A stretch of 64,000 bases of DNA, taken from the NCBI GenBank assembly GCA_965219415.1, contig CBDCNP010000002.1, forward strand, positions 1,824,001 to 1,888,000, written 5' to 3'. Below, piece after piece: positions 53,046-64,000 of this stretch. The notes below the pieces were generated by a model. That model was given only the letters and a program-made list of their open reading frames with translations, was not told where the DNA came from and ran no database searches. The stretch is from Candidatus Marinacidobacterales bacterium (GTDB lineage: Bacteria; Acidobacteriota; Vicinamibacteria; Marinacidobacterales; DATDRI01). How positions within the stretch are numbered: the stretch's first letter is position 1; each line of letters opens with the position of its first letter. The translations under genes and the position numbers were made by a program.

Positions 53046-55184
53046 TCAAGGTTGCGGGCGCGCGCTCCCCGAAACCTCCATTTGGCTCAGGAATTGCTTA
53101 ACCGCTTGCTGGTCGGGTTCGATCGCAAGCGACCGGTTGAAGGCTGCCTTCGCGGCATTGATCTTGCCGGAGTAGAACTCTGCTTCACCGAGGGCATTTA
53201 GCAGGCCAATCGACTCTCCACCGAGGTCGATCGCCTCGCGGTAAGCGGTCGCTGCTTTCTCATACCGCTCCTGTCGGAAGAGTGCCAGACCCAGCATGGT
53301 GGTCGCTTCGAAGTCTTTGGGTTCTCTCTCTAAGGCTTGACGGGCCGTTTTCTCGCCGGTCGCGGGGTCGCCCGAATATATTTCTGCTCTTGCCTTGCCC
53401 AAGCGTGCCGACTGAAGGGTTGGATCGTAGTCCAGCGCCGCTTGAAATCGCGTCGTGGCTCTTTCGTAGTTACCCGCCAAAAGGTACTTATGAGCATCAA
53501 GGAGAATTTTTTCCTCCCTGCCAACCTCTTTCACACCCATCGTGGCTAGGCGCCCCATCGGCTGGGCAGTGGGATGGATATGAAAGTCGATCCGTGCAAT
53601 ATCGCTAAAGCCGGTGGTCGCTTCCGAAAGCTCGACTTCCAACGTGTAATCCCCCGGTGCCGGAAAGGGACCCGCAAGATTCTTAAGGATGTCGACCGAG
53701 CCGTCGGCAGCGCCGATATCGGGCCGGTAGCGGTTCGTTTCGTCGAGCACCGTCTGGTCCGCGGTCTTGAGCACGAACCGAGCTTGGATCTCGAGGCTAT
53801 CCACATCCACTTTGTCCTGCGGATAATAAACCTGGAGAAATGCCAAGACGCGCTGCGTCAAACCAAAGACTTGATCGGGCTTCGGATAGAGCACCAGTCG
53901 GCCGAACGTATGCGCAAACGGTGCGTCTAATGGCACGCCCTGTAAGGAGTCCGCCTTGAAACTCGCAAACGCGCTACTCACACTCAACGCATCGGTTGGA
54001 AATGCCGGGACCGAAAGCGTACGGTTGAGCGTCGCCACCTGACGCACTACGAAATCCCGGGCGATCAGCTGGAGGTTATAGCGACCGGGAAGCAACGAAA
54101 TTTTCCTCTGATACAGGAATGGGAAATTCTGCGCTTGGTCCCAATCGTTTTCTTCTATCTTCAACTCGGCCGTGTCCCGGAACTCTTCGACGATCTCCCC
54201 GTCGGCCGTCGTCACCGTCCCGAAGAGATCGATGCGGCCTCGCATGCCATCTTCGTACTGATTCACGTGAAGATCTTCGGCTTTAATCTCGAGTGCGATG
54301 TGGACGTCGGTGAAGTCGTCTCGACCGCGAAAATAGTCCGTCTCGATTTCGACCGGGAGATCCCTACCGAAGGAAACGTCGGCCGTGACGCGTGATGCGA
54401 TGTCGCGATTGAGGTGCTCGAACGTGTAGCCGGGCATAGTAATCAGCATGAGCACTTCTTCGGAGGCGTGACCGGTGTAGCCGGGTCCAATCCCCACCGC
54501 CGCGTCCATAATCTCAAGATCGAACTCCTGCCGCCATTGGTACGGGATGTTGTTGCCAAAGCCGACTTGTGCCGCAATCGCCTTATCGCCGATGAGCCCC
54601 TTCATGCCATCGAAGACGGGGCTGTAGAGCCGGTACTCACCGACCCCGTGTCGCCTGAAGAACATGAAGCGAGGAGCGGTGGGCACTCCGCGGATTTGGA
54701 GTCCTTGATACTGCCAGACCTCGAGGGGGACGAGACGTTGGGTATTCGGGTGAGTCATGATGTCGTGAGGGGCCCCGAGCGTGATGTACATCTGACCCCG
54801 CTCGGTGCGCCATCCCGGACGCGCCTCGCGAAACTTCTTATCCGCTTCCTTCATCCTCTTGTAATGCTCTTCCTGAAACTCGTTGGTCAAGGTCTCCGGA
54901 ATCGGATCCCGAACCTGCCAGAAACTCTCCATGAAGGCGTCTCGTTCCCGGTCGGTCCTCAACTCCAGGAACTTCTCCCGCTCCTTGGGTAGCATGATGT
55001 AGATCGCGTCCTTATCAAGGAACGTCTTGTACTTCTTGCCGAGATCGTCCGTCTCGTCGCCCGCCGCCGGCCTGGCCGGCAGGGAAAGACTCGCGGCGAG
55101 AATTCCCACCGTCAATAGCGTGGATACCAGCCCGTAGGGGCGTCGATGATTTAGATCGAGTCGGTCGGAAATGGGTGTTTTCAT
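53046..55184 (-). CDS. GWxTD-domain protein with C-terminal TPRs
   Basis: FW.VRDP.PET..NEF.EEHY.R, PGWRTERG..YI.LG.P; start uncertain. Confidence 0.88.
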   Translation of the reverse strand: MKTPISDRLDLNHRRPYGLVSTLLTVGILAASLSLPARPAAGDETDDLGKKYKTFLDKDAIYIMLPKEREKFLELRTDRERDAFMESFWQVRDPIPETLTNEFQEEHYKRMKEADKKFREARPGWRTERGQMYITLGAPHDIMTHPNTQRLVPLEVWQYQGLQIRGVPTAPRFMFFRRHGVGEYRLYSPVFDGMKGLIGDKAIAAQVGFGNNIPYQWRQEFDLEIMDAAVGIGPGYTGHASEEVLMLITMPGYTFEHLNRDIASRVTADVSFGRDLPVEIETDYFRGRDDFTDVHIALEIKAEDLHVNQYEDGMRGRIDLFGTVTTADGEIVEEFRDTAELKIEENDWDQAQNFPFLYQRKISLLPGRYNLQLIARDFVVRQVATLNRTLSVPAFPTDALSVSSAFASFKADSLQGVPLDAPFAHTFGRLVLYPKPDQVFGLTQRVLAFLQVYYPQDKVDVDSLEIQARFVLKTADQTVLDETNRYRPDIGAADGSVDILKNLAGPFPAPGDYTLEVELSEATTGFSDIARIDFHIHPTAQPMGRLATMGVKEVGREEKILLDAHKYLLAGNYERATTRFQAALDYDPTLQSARLGKARAEIYSGDPATGEKTARQALEREPKDFEATTMLGLALFRQERYEKAATAYREAIDLGGESIGLLNALGEAEFYSGKINAAKAAFNRSLAIEPDQQAVKQFLSQMEVSGSARPQP

Positions 55185-55338
55185 GGCGGGTACAAAGCCT
55201 CCAGTTCTTCCTAAGTCTTCTCTAGAACACAAGATAGCACGCGATCGGGCCTCCATCAAACCAAGGATCGGCTCATCCGTGGGCTCCGGGTCGGACTTGC
55301 GTTTAGGCCTATCTATTGGTAAAAAGGGATGTTACACG

Positions 55339-57012
55339 ATGGCACCCTTCCGTTTCGCTCGTTTCAGTGAGAGTCGCCGGTGCGTTCAGGCCAGCCATAA
55401 CCGCTCTTCCTTCTCGTCCGCCCTGTTCCTCCTGTCGCTCCTGTTGCTCCCCTTCACGCCCCGCCAAGTTGACGGATTCGCCGCGCAGCGACAAATGGAG
55501 CAGGTAACGGTCGTGGGTCCCCGTGGGCGCCAAGCTATCCCTATTAGCGAGTTTGCCAGCGTCCCGATGGTCCCGCTGGATGAGCTCAACCGTTTCGTTC
55601 GGAGCTCGATCCGTACCGACGCCGATTCCGCCTCGGCGACATTCATAGTCGGCAACCGGTCGGCAAAGATTTCCTCTGGCCGTTCACTCGTGCCAGTCGA
55701 AGGCAAGCTCATCCTGCTCTCCGCACCGATCACCGCCCGGGCGGGACGATGGTTCGTACCGCTTGATTTCCTCGAGAAGGTTCTCCCGGAAGTTACTAGG
55801 CAGAAGATCACTTACGAAGAAGACTCTCGTCTGCTCGTACTCGGGGAGGGCTTCCCAGAGCTCAATGTTCACAGTTTCCCCTACCCCGCGTACACGCGGA
55901 TCGTGCTCGAAGCCACTTCTGAAGTTGACTTTCAGGTGACTCAAGCAGGAGACCAAGTCCGCGTCTTCATGCCGATCGGCTATCTGGAATCCGACTTCTC
56001 GAATGAGGAGCTCCGGGACGGTGTCGTGGACAGCATGACGCTTGCCCGACAAAGGGACGGTTACTTGCTTCTCGTGAATCTGGGCGAGAGATTCGGGACG
56101 CTCAAGGCGTTCGAGCTGGATAGTCCTTCGCGGATGGTGCTCGATCTTTTTCGTAGCCGCGTCCCTACCACTCCCGAGATCATTTCTCCACCGGCTCCAG
56201 GGCCGGAGTTGCCAACCGGCAACACGGGTATTCCAGCACCGCCGCGGCCGACCGTTCCCGACGACCGTACTCCGCGCTCCGACCGACGACCCGGTGTCTT
56301 GACCACGATAACTCTCGATCCAGGCCACGGCGGCTCGGAGACCGGCGCCACCGGCCGAAACGGTTTGCAGGAAAAGGATGTAGCGCTGGCGGTGGCCAGG
56401 CGGTTACACCGATTGTTGGAGGACCGCTTGGGCGTTCGCGTTTTGTTGACCAGAGACTCTGATTCGTTTCTATCTCTGGACGATAGAACCGCACTCGCCA
56501 ACAACAACAAATCTGATCTTTTCCTCAGCATCCACGCCAACGCGTCACCTCGACAGACGGCGCGCGGTAGCGAAGTCTACTACCTTGCCTATCAAGCGTC
56601 CGATGAAGACTCTCGCCGGCTTGCGGCCACTGAGAATGCCGGTCCCCAACGAACGGCCGCTCACCGCACTACCGATCTCGAGTTCATTCTTTGGGATATG
56701 GCCCAGGCAACTCACTTGAACGAATCCGCTACCTTGGCTGAGTTGCTACAGGACGAGTTGCAAGCCAATCGCGCCGACGCCAGGAATCGAGGTATCAAGC
56801 AGGCACCGTTTCGCGTTCTAATGGGCGCCACCATGCCATCGGCACTGATCGAGATCGGATTCGTTACCAATCCCGAAGAAGAAAGACGACTCAGATCCAC
56901 CGAGTACCAGGATCAACTGGCGAATGCAATCTTTCGCGGCGTCGTGAAATACAAAGAGCGCTACGAGCGTACTTTGAGCGTGGGCGGCTCGCCTTCTGGA
57001 CAGAGACCTTAA
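55339..57012 (+). CDS. N-acetylmuramoyl-L-alanine amidase
   Basis: TLDPGHGG, EKDVAL, LTR, LFLSIHANA, APFRVL, PSALIEIGFVTN; start uncertain. Confidence 0.92.
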   Translation: MAPFRFARFSESRRCVQASHNRSSFSSALFLLSLLLLPFTPRQVDGFAAQRQMEQVTVVGPRGRQAIPISEFASVPMVPLDELNRFVRSSIRTDADSASATFIVGNRSAKISSGRSLVPVEGKLILLSAPITARAGRWFVPLDFLEKVLPEVTRQKITYEEDSRLLVLGEGFPELNVHSFPYPAYTRIVLEATSEVDFQVTQAGDQVRVFMPIGYLESDFSNEELRDGVVDSMTLARQRDGYLLLVNLGERFGTLKAFELDSPSRMVLDLFRSRVPTTPEIISPPAPGPELPTGNTGIPAPPRPTVPDDRTPRSDRRPGVLTTITLDPGHGGSETGATGRNGLQEKDVALAVARRLHRLLEDRLGVRVLLTRDSDSFLSLDDRTALANNNKSDLFLSIHANASPRQTARGSEVYYLAYQASDEDSRRLAATENAGPQRTAAHRTTDLEFILWDMAQATHLNESATLAELLQDELQANRADARNRGIKQAPFRVLMGATMPSALIEIGFVTNPEEERRLRSTEYQDQLANAIFRGVVKYKERYERTLSVGGSPSGQRP

Positions 57013-57681
57013 GTGACGAAGAAGGGTCTCATCGCCGCGATCGCGATCGCGGTCTTCCTGATCGCGACGATTGTCACGTTGACTCTGTGGCTCTTCGACG
57101 AGCCCGCCACCGAACCCGCAACCGCCGAAGCGCTGGTCGCGCTGGTCGGAGAGCGTTTGGACGTCCCTCTCTCCTCTGGAGGCCCTGCAAACCCTGCTAA
57201 CCCTGCTAACAACGAAGAGCGGGACGTCTCGGCCGAGCGTCGCATCCGGATCACGCTCTACCTGGTTTCCCGGTCAGGAAAAACACTCGCCCTCGAGGAC
57301 AGAGAAATCCCATTGGCAGACTCGGTGCAAGAGCAGGCGAAGCAAGTCATCCGTGAGCTTCTTGCCGGCTCGCGCCAGAACTTGGCTTCCCCGCTTCCGA
57401 GAGGGGTGCAATTGAGGGAGCTCTTCATAACCCCCCAGGGCTTGGCCTTCGTGGACTTCTCGCAGGAGCTCGTCGCAAATCACGTGGGCGGCACGGTCGC
57501 CGAGGAGCTCACCGTGTACAGCCTCTCCAACACTTTGATTGCGAATTTCCCTGCCGTGAAAAGCGTCCATTTCTTGGTGGAGGGTCGCGAAGTCCCGACT
57601 TTGGCCGGTCACCTCGATCTTACGATTCCCTACGGACGCGGCCCGCTTCGGCTGGAACAGGATCAACCGGCCGGCCCCTAA
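57013..57681 (+). CDS. GerMN-domain protein
   Basis: [37 protein letters not shown]....TLAGHLDL. Confidence 0.88.
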   Translation: MTKKGLIAAIAIAVFLIATIVTLTLWLFDEPATEPATAEALVALVGERLDVPLSSGGPANPANPANNEERDVSAERRIRITLYLVSRSGKTLALEDREIPLADSVQEQAKQVIRELLAGSRQNLASPLPRGVQLRELFITPQGLAFVDFSQELVANHVGGTVAEELTVYSLSNTLIANFPAVKSVHFLVEGREVPTLAGHLDLTIPYGRGPLRLEQDQPAGP

Positions 57682-57689
57682 AGAGCAAC

Positions 57690-58439
57690 GTGAAACGGGA
57701 AGACGGCCGGCGCATAGACGAGATGCGCCCTATCTCCATCAGCCCGCATTACCTCCGCCACGCCGAGGGATCGGTACTTATCCAAGTCGGTGAAACAAAA
57801 GTCATCTGCTCGGCAACCATCGAACCGAAGGTGCCACCCTTCCTCAAGGGATCGGGGAAGGGTTGGATTACCGCCGAGTACGGCATGATCCCCCGTTCGT
57901 CTGCTCAGAGGATTTCTCGTGAGTCGAGCCGTGGAAAAGTTTCCGGACGCACTCAGGAGATTCAGCGTCTCATCGGACGCTCGCTCCGAGCGGTTGTAGA
58001 CTTGAAGCGCCTAGGGGAAAGGACCGTCTGGATCGACTGCGATGTGATCCAAGCGGACGGCGGAACCCGCACCGCTTCGATTTCCGGCGCGTTCGTCGCC
58101 TTAGCCCTTGCACTAAGAAAGGCCGTCGAGCAAGGTTCACTCAAGGTCTTCCCAGCCCGCGACTTCGTTGCCGCTACCAGTGTCGGCGTGGTCGAAGGAG
58201 AGCTGCTCCTCGATCTCAATTACCCGGAGGACTCGACCGCCGAAGTCGACATGAACGTCGTCAAGACCGGTAAGGGTCGTTTCGTCGAGCTGCAGGGCAC
58301 CGCAGAGTCCGAGCCTTTCGATCAAGACCAGCTCTCGGAGCTGTTGAAGATTGCTCAAAAGGGGATCGATGGAATTGTGCAACACCAAAGCGAGGTGCTG
58401 GGACCCTTGAGCTTCCTTCCCTCCACCGCGGAAAGTTGA
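57690..58439 (+). CDS. rph: Ribonuclease PH
   Basis: [57 protein letters not shown]. Confidence 0.98.
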   Translation: MKREDGRRIDEMRPISISPHYLRHAEGSVLIQVGETKVICSATIEPKVPPFLKGSGKGWITAEYGMIPRSSAQRISRESSRGKVSGRTQEIQRLIGRSLRAVVDLKRLGERTVWIDCDVIQADGGTRTASISGAFVALALALRKAVEQGSLKVFPARDFVAATSVGVVEGELLLDLNYPEDSTAEVDMNVVKTGKGRFVELQGTAESEPFDQDQLSELLKIAQKGIDGIVQHQSEVLGPLSFLPSTAES

Positions 58440-59038
58440 AACTCCTTCTCGCCACTCGAAACCCGGGAAAGATCCGAGAACAAGGGGCGGCCCTTGCCGT
58501 CTGCGGAGTGGAAGTCGTTGGACTGGACGACTGGCCCGATCTCGCCTCACCGGAAGAACCAGGTCCGACCTTTCTAGACAACGCGATCGTCAAGGCGATG
58601 TATTACCACCGAGCCACCCGCCTGGCCGCGCTCGGTGAGGACTCCGGGCTCGAGGTCGAAGCACTCGGGGGTGAGCCGGGCATCCATTCGGCGCGCTGGA
58701 TGGGAGAGAAAACCTCCTACGACATCAAGAATGCCAAGTTGATCGAAGAACTCGCGGGCCTACCTGCGACCCAGCGCAAGGCGCGCTTCGTCAGCACCGC
58801 CGCCATCGCGGATCGAGAGACGATCATCTTCAAGACCGTAGCGAACATCGAGGGACTCATCGCCGAAGCCCCTCGTGGAAAGGGTGGCTTTGGTTACGAT
58901 CCTATCTTCTATTACCCGCCCATCGGTAAGTGCTTCGCCGAGCTCAGCCTCGAGGAAAAGCGCCTCTACGATCATCGGGGGAAAGCCATGGCTCGCGTTT
59001 GTGAGTTTCTTGACCGATCGCGCGAATCGGCCCTATAA
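58436..59038 (+). CDS. rdgB: Non-canonical purine NTP pyrophosphatase (RdgB/HAM1)
   Basis: [41 protein letters not shown]; follows rph. Confidence 0.95.
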   Translation: MKLLLATRNPGKIREQGAALAVCGVEVVGLDDWPDLASPEEPGPTFLDNAIVKAMYYHRATRLAALGEDSGLEVEALGGEPGIHSARWMGEKTSYDIKNAKLIEELAGLPATQRKARFVSTAAIADRETIIFKTVANIEGLIAEAPRGKGGFGYDPIFYYPPIGKCFAELSLEEKRLYDHRGKAMARVCEFLDRSRESAL

Positions 59039-59051
59039 TAGTTGGTTTACG

Positions 59052-59129
59052 CGGGGCGTAGCGCAGCCTGGTTAGCGCGCCTGCCTTGGGAGCAGGAGGT
59101 CGGCAGTTCAAATCTGCCCGCCCCGACCA
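59052..59129 (+). tRNA. tRNA-Pro(TGG)
   Basis: CGGGGCG/CGCCCCG acceptor stem, anticodon loop CTTGGGA, GTTCAAATC, CCA end. Confidence 0.96.
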
Positions 59130-59192
59130 CGTACTCCGCGCGGGGCGCCCTGGCAAGAGGCGGCAGGAGATGAAGCCCGCGGAGCGCATATT

Positions 59193-59269
59193 GCGCCTGT
59201 AGCTCAGCTGGATAGAGCAGCGGCCTTCTAAGCCGCGGGTCAGAGGTTCGAGTCCTCTCAGGCGTGCCA
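59193..59269 (+). tRNA. tRNA-Arg(TCT)
   Basis: Anticodon loop CTTCTAA, GGTTCGAGTCC, CCA end. Confidence 0.96.
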
Positions 59270-59356
59270 GTATTAGATGGACCGACCAAATGGAAATGCG
59301 CTGGTCGCTCGAACTCTTCCTCTCCCTCAGGGAGAGGGTAGGATGAGGGGTCTTAT

Positions 59357-59433
59357 GGTGAGTGTAGCTCAGTTGGTAGAGCACCGGATTGTGGTTCCGG
59401 TGGTCGCGGGTTCGAGCCCCGTCACTCACCCCA
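59357..59433 (+). tRNA. tRNA-His(GTG)
   Basis: G-1, anticodon loop TTGTGGT, GGTTCGAGCCC, CCA end. Confidence 0.96.
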
Positions 59434-59616
59434 ACACTTAGTGCTCGCTCGCGGCTCTCGCTCCTCGCTCGAGCCCAAAACCCGGCCAGGTTCCCTTAAG
59501 CGTTCCCCTAACTCAATTCCTCTTGGCCAGCGACCCTTGCGGGCCGCTAACAGTGGGTGCCGGACCTCTGCACTTCCCAGAGAGCTTAGGTTCTCTGTAG
59601 CTCACGGACTCCCGCA

Positions 59617-61077
59617 GGGGATGTCCCGCCGGATGTTGAATTTGGGGTAGCGGCGGCTCCTTGGCCGGCCTAAGAATTAGGTCTGCCAAACAACCGTCTC
59701 CAGAGGGGGACAAGGAGCCACCAATGCCTAGGAAATCAAAGAAGCCAGTAAGAAAGCAAACGCACTCGCCTACGGGCAAGGTAGTTGGCCAAGTCGGTCA
59801 GATACTGCTACCGATGATAGCTGGGATCGCGGCCACGAAGGCGGAACTGACGGAATGGGTGTACGAGCAAGGACTGACAGCTCTGCACCTACTGCTCAGA
59901 GAGGACGCCGAGGAGATCGCGGGGCTCAAGGGCAAGCACGAGAAGGAGCGAACTCATAACCACTGGGGGAGCACGAACGGAGAGCTGAGCTTCGGTGGTC
60001 GTCGCATCCAAGTGTCGCGACCTCGAGTTCGCTCGAAGTCGGGCGAGGAGGCGTCGCTTCCACACTTCGAAGCCTTCCGCGAAGAAGACCCGCTTCCAGA
60101 GCGAGTGTTGAATCAGATCTTGGTGGGGGTATCGACCCGAAATTACGAATCGAGTCTGAACAAACCCGCGGCCAAGTTGAAGTCTCGTGGCACGAGTAAG
60201 AGTGCCGCCAGCCGTCACCTCGTGAGCCAGACGACTAAGAAGCTCGAGGAATACCTGTCTCGGCGGCTAGAGGAGTTCGAGCTTGCGGCACTGATGCTGG
60301 ATGGCCTTGAGGTGGCCGGACAGACCGTCGTCGTAACTCTAGGTATCACAATAGATGGAACGAAGGTGCCCCTGGGTATATGGCTGGGCTCGACGGAGAA
60401 CTCTCGGGTGTGCACCGCGATGTTGCAGGACCTTCTCGAGCGGGGCTTGCGCGTCGATGAGTCGATTCTCTGCGTAGTGGACGGAGGCAAAGGCATCCGC
60501 AAGGCACTCGTCGACGTTTTGGGGGACCTCGCGGTCATCCAAAGGTGCCAGATCCATAAACTCCGGAATCTTCGCTCGTACCTTCCCAAGTCTCGTCACG
60601 CCTACGTGCTCCAGACGATGAAGGAAGCCTACAAGTGCAAGAGTGCCGACAAGGCGCGCAAGCGACTTCAGGCATTGGTGTCGTGGCTCGAGCGAAACGG
60701 CTACGACGAAGCTGCCGGAAGCCTTCGTGAAGGGATGGAAGAGACACTCACGGTCGTGAAGCTCGCGCTGCCCGCCTTACTTCGCCAGTCTCTTGCCACG
60801 ACGAACGCCATTGAGAATCTCAACGGAACCATTCGCAGAGTATCGAGAAACCTCAAGCGTTGGAAGAGTCCTTCCATGGTTCGCCGATGGACCGCTCTTG
60901 GCGTCGTCACCGCGCAGAAAAAGTTCCGGCGTATCAAAGGCTATCGCCATATGGGCGCTCTCGTTCACGCACTTAGAAGCAAACAGAAATCTCTTGACAG
61001 CGATGAGTTTGCTGCCTAAGAGTATTCACAGGTGCCGCCGCTACCCGACCAAATTCAACAGCGGCCGGGACATCCCC
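59617..61077 (+). mobile_element. IS256-family element, 8-bp target duplication CTCCCGCA; transposase 59724-61019
   Basis: TIRs GGGGATGTCCCG / CGGGACATCCCC; duplication at 59609-59616 and 61078-61085; GVSTRNY, MLDG, VDGGKG, QRCQIHK, TTNAIE. Confidence 0.95.
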
Positions 61078-61505
61078 CTCCCGCAACAAAAGCAGCACTG
61101 TTCACGACACGACTGGTCGCAGTGGCTCCTGGCCCCCTGTCCATTCTCGTCACCGCAGTAGCGTCGCTCGTGTTCTTCCTTCTCCGGGTGGCAGGATGAA
61201 ACCTTGGGGCAAGCATGAAGGGTCACGCCCTCAGAAAGGTACTGCTTCCACCCCGCTGCATCGTGACCGGCAGGGAAGCAGTAGCCCCATGTCTTGCAGA
61301 GCTTCGGGTCTCTACCGTGGGCAGAAGAGGCACGCCGCTTGTACTCGTCTTTGCCGTGACTGTGACCCTCCTTCTCTGGATCCAACTCTACTTCCTTGGC
61401 GGGCTTGGAAGGCTCCTTCTTCTCCTTGACCTCGCCTGGGCTGGCCGAACCGACCAGCGGGGCGCAGAACAACAGTGACAAGGCTGCAACGCCGAGGGTT
61501 TTCAT
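61041..61505 (-). CDS. Small secreted Cys/His-rich hypothetical protein, last codons displaced by IS256
   Basis: GAGG RBS, signal peptide MKTLGVAALSLLFCAPLVGSA, about 11 Cys in the mature part. Confidence 0.65.
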   Translation of the reverse strand: MKTLGVAALSLLFCAPLVGSASPGEVKEKKEPSKPAKEVELDPEKEGHSHGKDEYKRRASSAHGRDPKLCKTWGYCFPAGHDAAGWKQYLSEGVTLHACPKVSSCHPEKEEHERRYCGDENGQGARSHCDQSCREQCCFCCGRGMSRPLLNLVG

Positions 61506-61568
61506 TGGCTTCCCCTCCTCTAGATACTCCTAACCTCTAGCGGCCGGGGAAACTGAAGGCTTGTAGAT

Positions 61569-62970
61569 GGAGATATTGTCAAGAGTTGTGGATCAACTTT
61601 CTGAGTCAAGCGGCGTTCCTCGCTTCTTCGTTTAATCCGTCGACGAACTTCTCTCCCTCAAGTATCCGAGCGACAAGTGCGGGGGCGTTCACCCGGCGCC
61701 ATCGTTGGCTCGCCATGTCGAGTAACTTGTAGGCCATGAGGAGGGCTTTCGAACGGGAGCCTGCTCCCTTGGTAACTCTCTGCCGGAGTCGCACCGTGGC
61801 GAACGCCGACTCGATGGGGTTGGCGGTTCGGATGTGCTCCCAGTGCTCGGCGGGGAAATCGTAGAACGTCAGGAGTTTGTCCTGGTGCTTGGTCAGGGAT
61901 GCGACAGCCTTGGGGTACTTGGCCCCGTAGTCCGATTCGAACCGCTCAAGAGCTTCTTCCGCCTGCTCCCTGGTCTCAGCCTTGACGATCTCGTTCAGGG
62001 CACCCTTCACACGGCCATGAAGACGCCTCGGTAGCTTGTCGAGGACGTTTTTTGTCTTGTGAACGCAGCACAACTGGTGACGGGTTTCCGGCCATACGTT
62101 TCGAACCGCAGCCCAGAATCCCAAGGCGCCGTCTCCGATGGCGAGAAGAGGAGGTTTCATCCCGCGGCGATCTAGTTCCCTCAGCACGTACGCCCAGCTC
62201 TCCTCGCTCTCTCGATAACCGTCCTCCACCGCGAGCAGCTCCTTCATCCCATCCGCCCGAACACCAAGAACGACAAGGGTGCAAAGCCTGTCGTCTTCGA
62301 GACGAACATTGAAGTGAACGCCGTCGACCCAGATGTACGCGTAATCCTCGCGGCTCAAGTCTCGTTTCCGAAACTCTTCGTACTCCGACTGCCATTTCGC
62401 CGTCAGCCTCGTGATCGCCGTCGACGAAAGCCCCGAAGCCTCCTCGCCCAGCAGCTCCTTCAGCGCAGGCCCGAAATCGTTCGTCGACAATCCGCGCAAG
62501 TACAGCAACGGCAAAACCTCACTCACCTTCGGGGAGCGACGCATATACGGAGGTAAGATGCTGCTCGTGAAGCGCTGACGTTCTCCATCGATCACCCGCT
62601 TGTCGTTGACTCGCGGCGCCTCGACTTCCATCGTTCCGCAGCCCATCGTCACTTTGCGGGCTCGAGCTCGACCGTTGCGGACTACGCTCGCGTGTCCGTT
62701 CTCGTCTCGTTCCGGAGAGTGGCTTTCGATGTAGTCTCCGACTTCCTCCTCCAGCGCCGTCATCAACATTCGACGCGCCCCCTCACGAGCCAGCTCATCG
62801 AGCGCAGTCCCGACTTCCTCATGTTTCGTTTCCTTCGGTGGATCTTGTATCCTCAGCATCGGTGGCGTTTCCTTCCTCCGGTTCGCTAAAACCGGTTTGG
62901 CCTTTGTCTTACATGGAAGGATACGCCGCCTTTCTCATTCAGGCGATCCACAATTTCTGGTTATAACTCC
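61569..62970 (-). mobile_element. IS256-family element; transposase 61606-62859
   Basis: LYLRGLST.DF, WVDGVHF, IGDGALGFW, HIRTANPIES; TIRs GGAGATATTGTCAAGAGTTGTGGATC / GGAGTTATAACCAGAAATTGTGGATC; no duplication seen. Confidence 0.93.
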
Positions 62971-63093
62971 AACAGTCGTGCGGGTGTGGCTCGTTGCATT
63001 GTGGTCATCGGTCCGTCTAACTAGAAGCTAAGCAGCTCTCGGCTGCATGAACCGAAGTATATCGGTCTTTTGCTGTGAAGGAGACGGTCATGC

Positions 63094-64000
63094 TGTGTTT
63101 GCTACTCTGTTTTGGCCCATATTGATCGTCTGATTTGGCCCACCCGTATCGAACCGTTAGTCTTCCCGGGGCGAAGTCCCGGGAAGGAGGTGTCGGTTGG
63201 AAAGGGGTGCCAAAGTGCGACTGTTCGAGCAGATGAGGCGAGAGTACGAACGCGGAGTTGGAACGATTCAAGGAGTTGCAACGAAGTACGGTGTTCACCG
63301 ACGAATGGTTGCGACAGGCCCTGGAGAAGGCTGTGCCACGGGAGCGTAAAATGTCCAGAACGGGCGTCACCGAAACTGGGTCCAGTGGTCGAGTTCATCG
63401 ACGGGATTCTGGAAGGAGACAAGCGAGCCCCGCGCAAACAGCGTCACACGGCTCATCGAATCTGGAGTCGTGTGATTGAGGAGTATCCGGGACATGAGAT
63501 AGCGGAACCAACGATACGTCGCTACGTAGGTCGTCGGAGGCGAGAGCTGGGGTTGAAGGACGCCGAAGTGTTCGTGCCCCAGAGTTACGAGTGGGGCGGT
63601 GAAGGCCAAGTGGACTGGTACGAGGCTCACTCACGGATCGGAGGGCGAGAGCAGAAGGTCTACGTGCTGGTGGTTCGGAGCATGGCAAGCGGAGGGGCGT
63701 TGCATCGAGGGTATCCGCGTCCGACGCAGCAAGCGTTTTTCGAAGCGCACGAGAAGGCGTTCGAGTTTTTCGGCGGGGTGTTCCACCGGCTGCGTTACGA
63801 CAACCTATCGCTGGCGGTGAGGAAGATCCTTCGGGGTCACCAACGTGAGCAAACAGAACGGTTCATCATGTTTCGCTCGCATTGGAGTTTTGAGTCGGAA
63901 TTTTGCAATCCGAGCCGTGGAAACGAGAAAGGCGGTGTGGAAAGCGAGGTCGGCTACTTCCGCCGCAATCACTGGACGCCGGTCCCTGAGTTCACGGATT
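63094..64000 (+). mobile_element. Second copy of the IS21 element (left end and 5' istA), runs off the window
   Basis: Near-exact reverse complement of about 10850-11754. Confidence 0.95.

Noticed and set aside
59319-59350. REP-like hairpin CCTCTCCCTCAGGGAGAGG between tRNAs
   Set aside because: Only one copy in the window; cannot distinguish a REP from a spacer hairpin
59357-59616. tRNA-His as the attachment site of an integrative island
   Set aside because: No integrase next to it and no duplicated tRNA 3' end within the window

Overview
The window has two very different parts. 1-48.9 kb is a patchwork of intact genes (higBA, NSS transporter, oxyR-dps, MIP channel, DUF885-like/GMC/HD cluster, TonB-dependent receptor, SAM methyltransferase, lipoprotein, bactofilin, VUT/QueT, amidohydrolase) and many gene stubs (alpha-carbonic anhydrase, AcnX, serine recombinase, type III Mod, GltS, SSS, RND/MFP, DUF3800, NucS-like). 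Most joints between these pieces fall on a short transposon-end element: a ~147-bp MITE-A, a ~166-bp MITE-B, a 94-bp MITE-C, or isolated ends of several rve-integrase-core (IS481-like) and IS1-like elements. These mini-elements show no target-site duplication and join unrelated DNA on their two sides, unlike full-length IS3, IS21 and IS256 copies that keep clean duplications. An IS1111 (IS110 family) element sits inside an IS1-like terminal repeat, and its downstream non-coding region carries visible target and donor guide matches (bridge/seek RNA). 48.9-59.4 kb is intact housekeeping DNA with an Acidobacteriota-like gene set (sulfatase-like-TPR, TPR, GWxTD, amidase, GerMN, rph, rdgB, tRNA-Pro/Arg/His; the taxon is inferred), followed by two IS256, a Cys-rich secreted ORF and a second IS21. 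Names A-J for element families are my own labels. All products were recognised by eye from motifs; no database searches were run, and coordinates may be off by a few bases.
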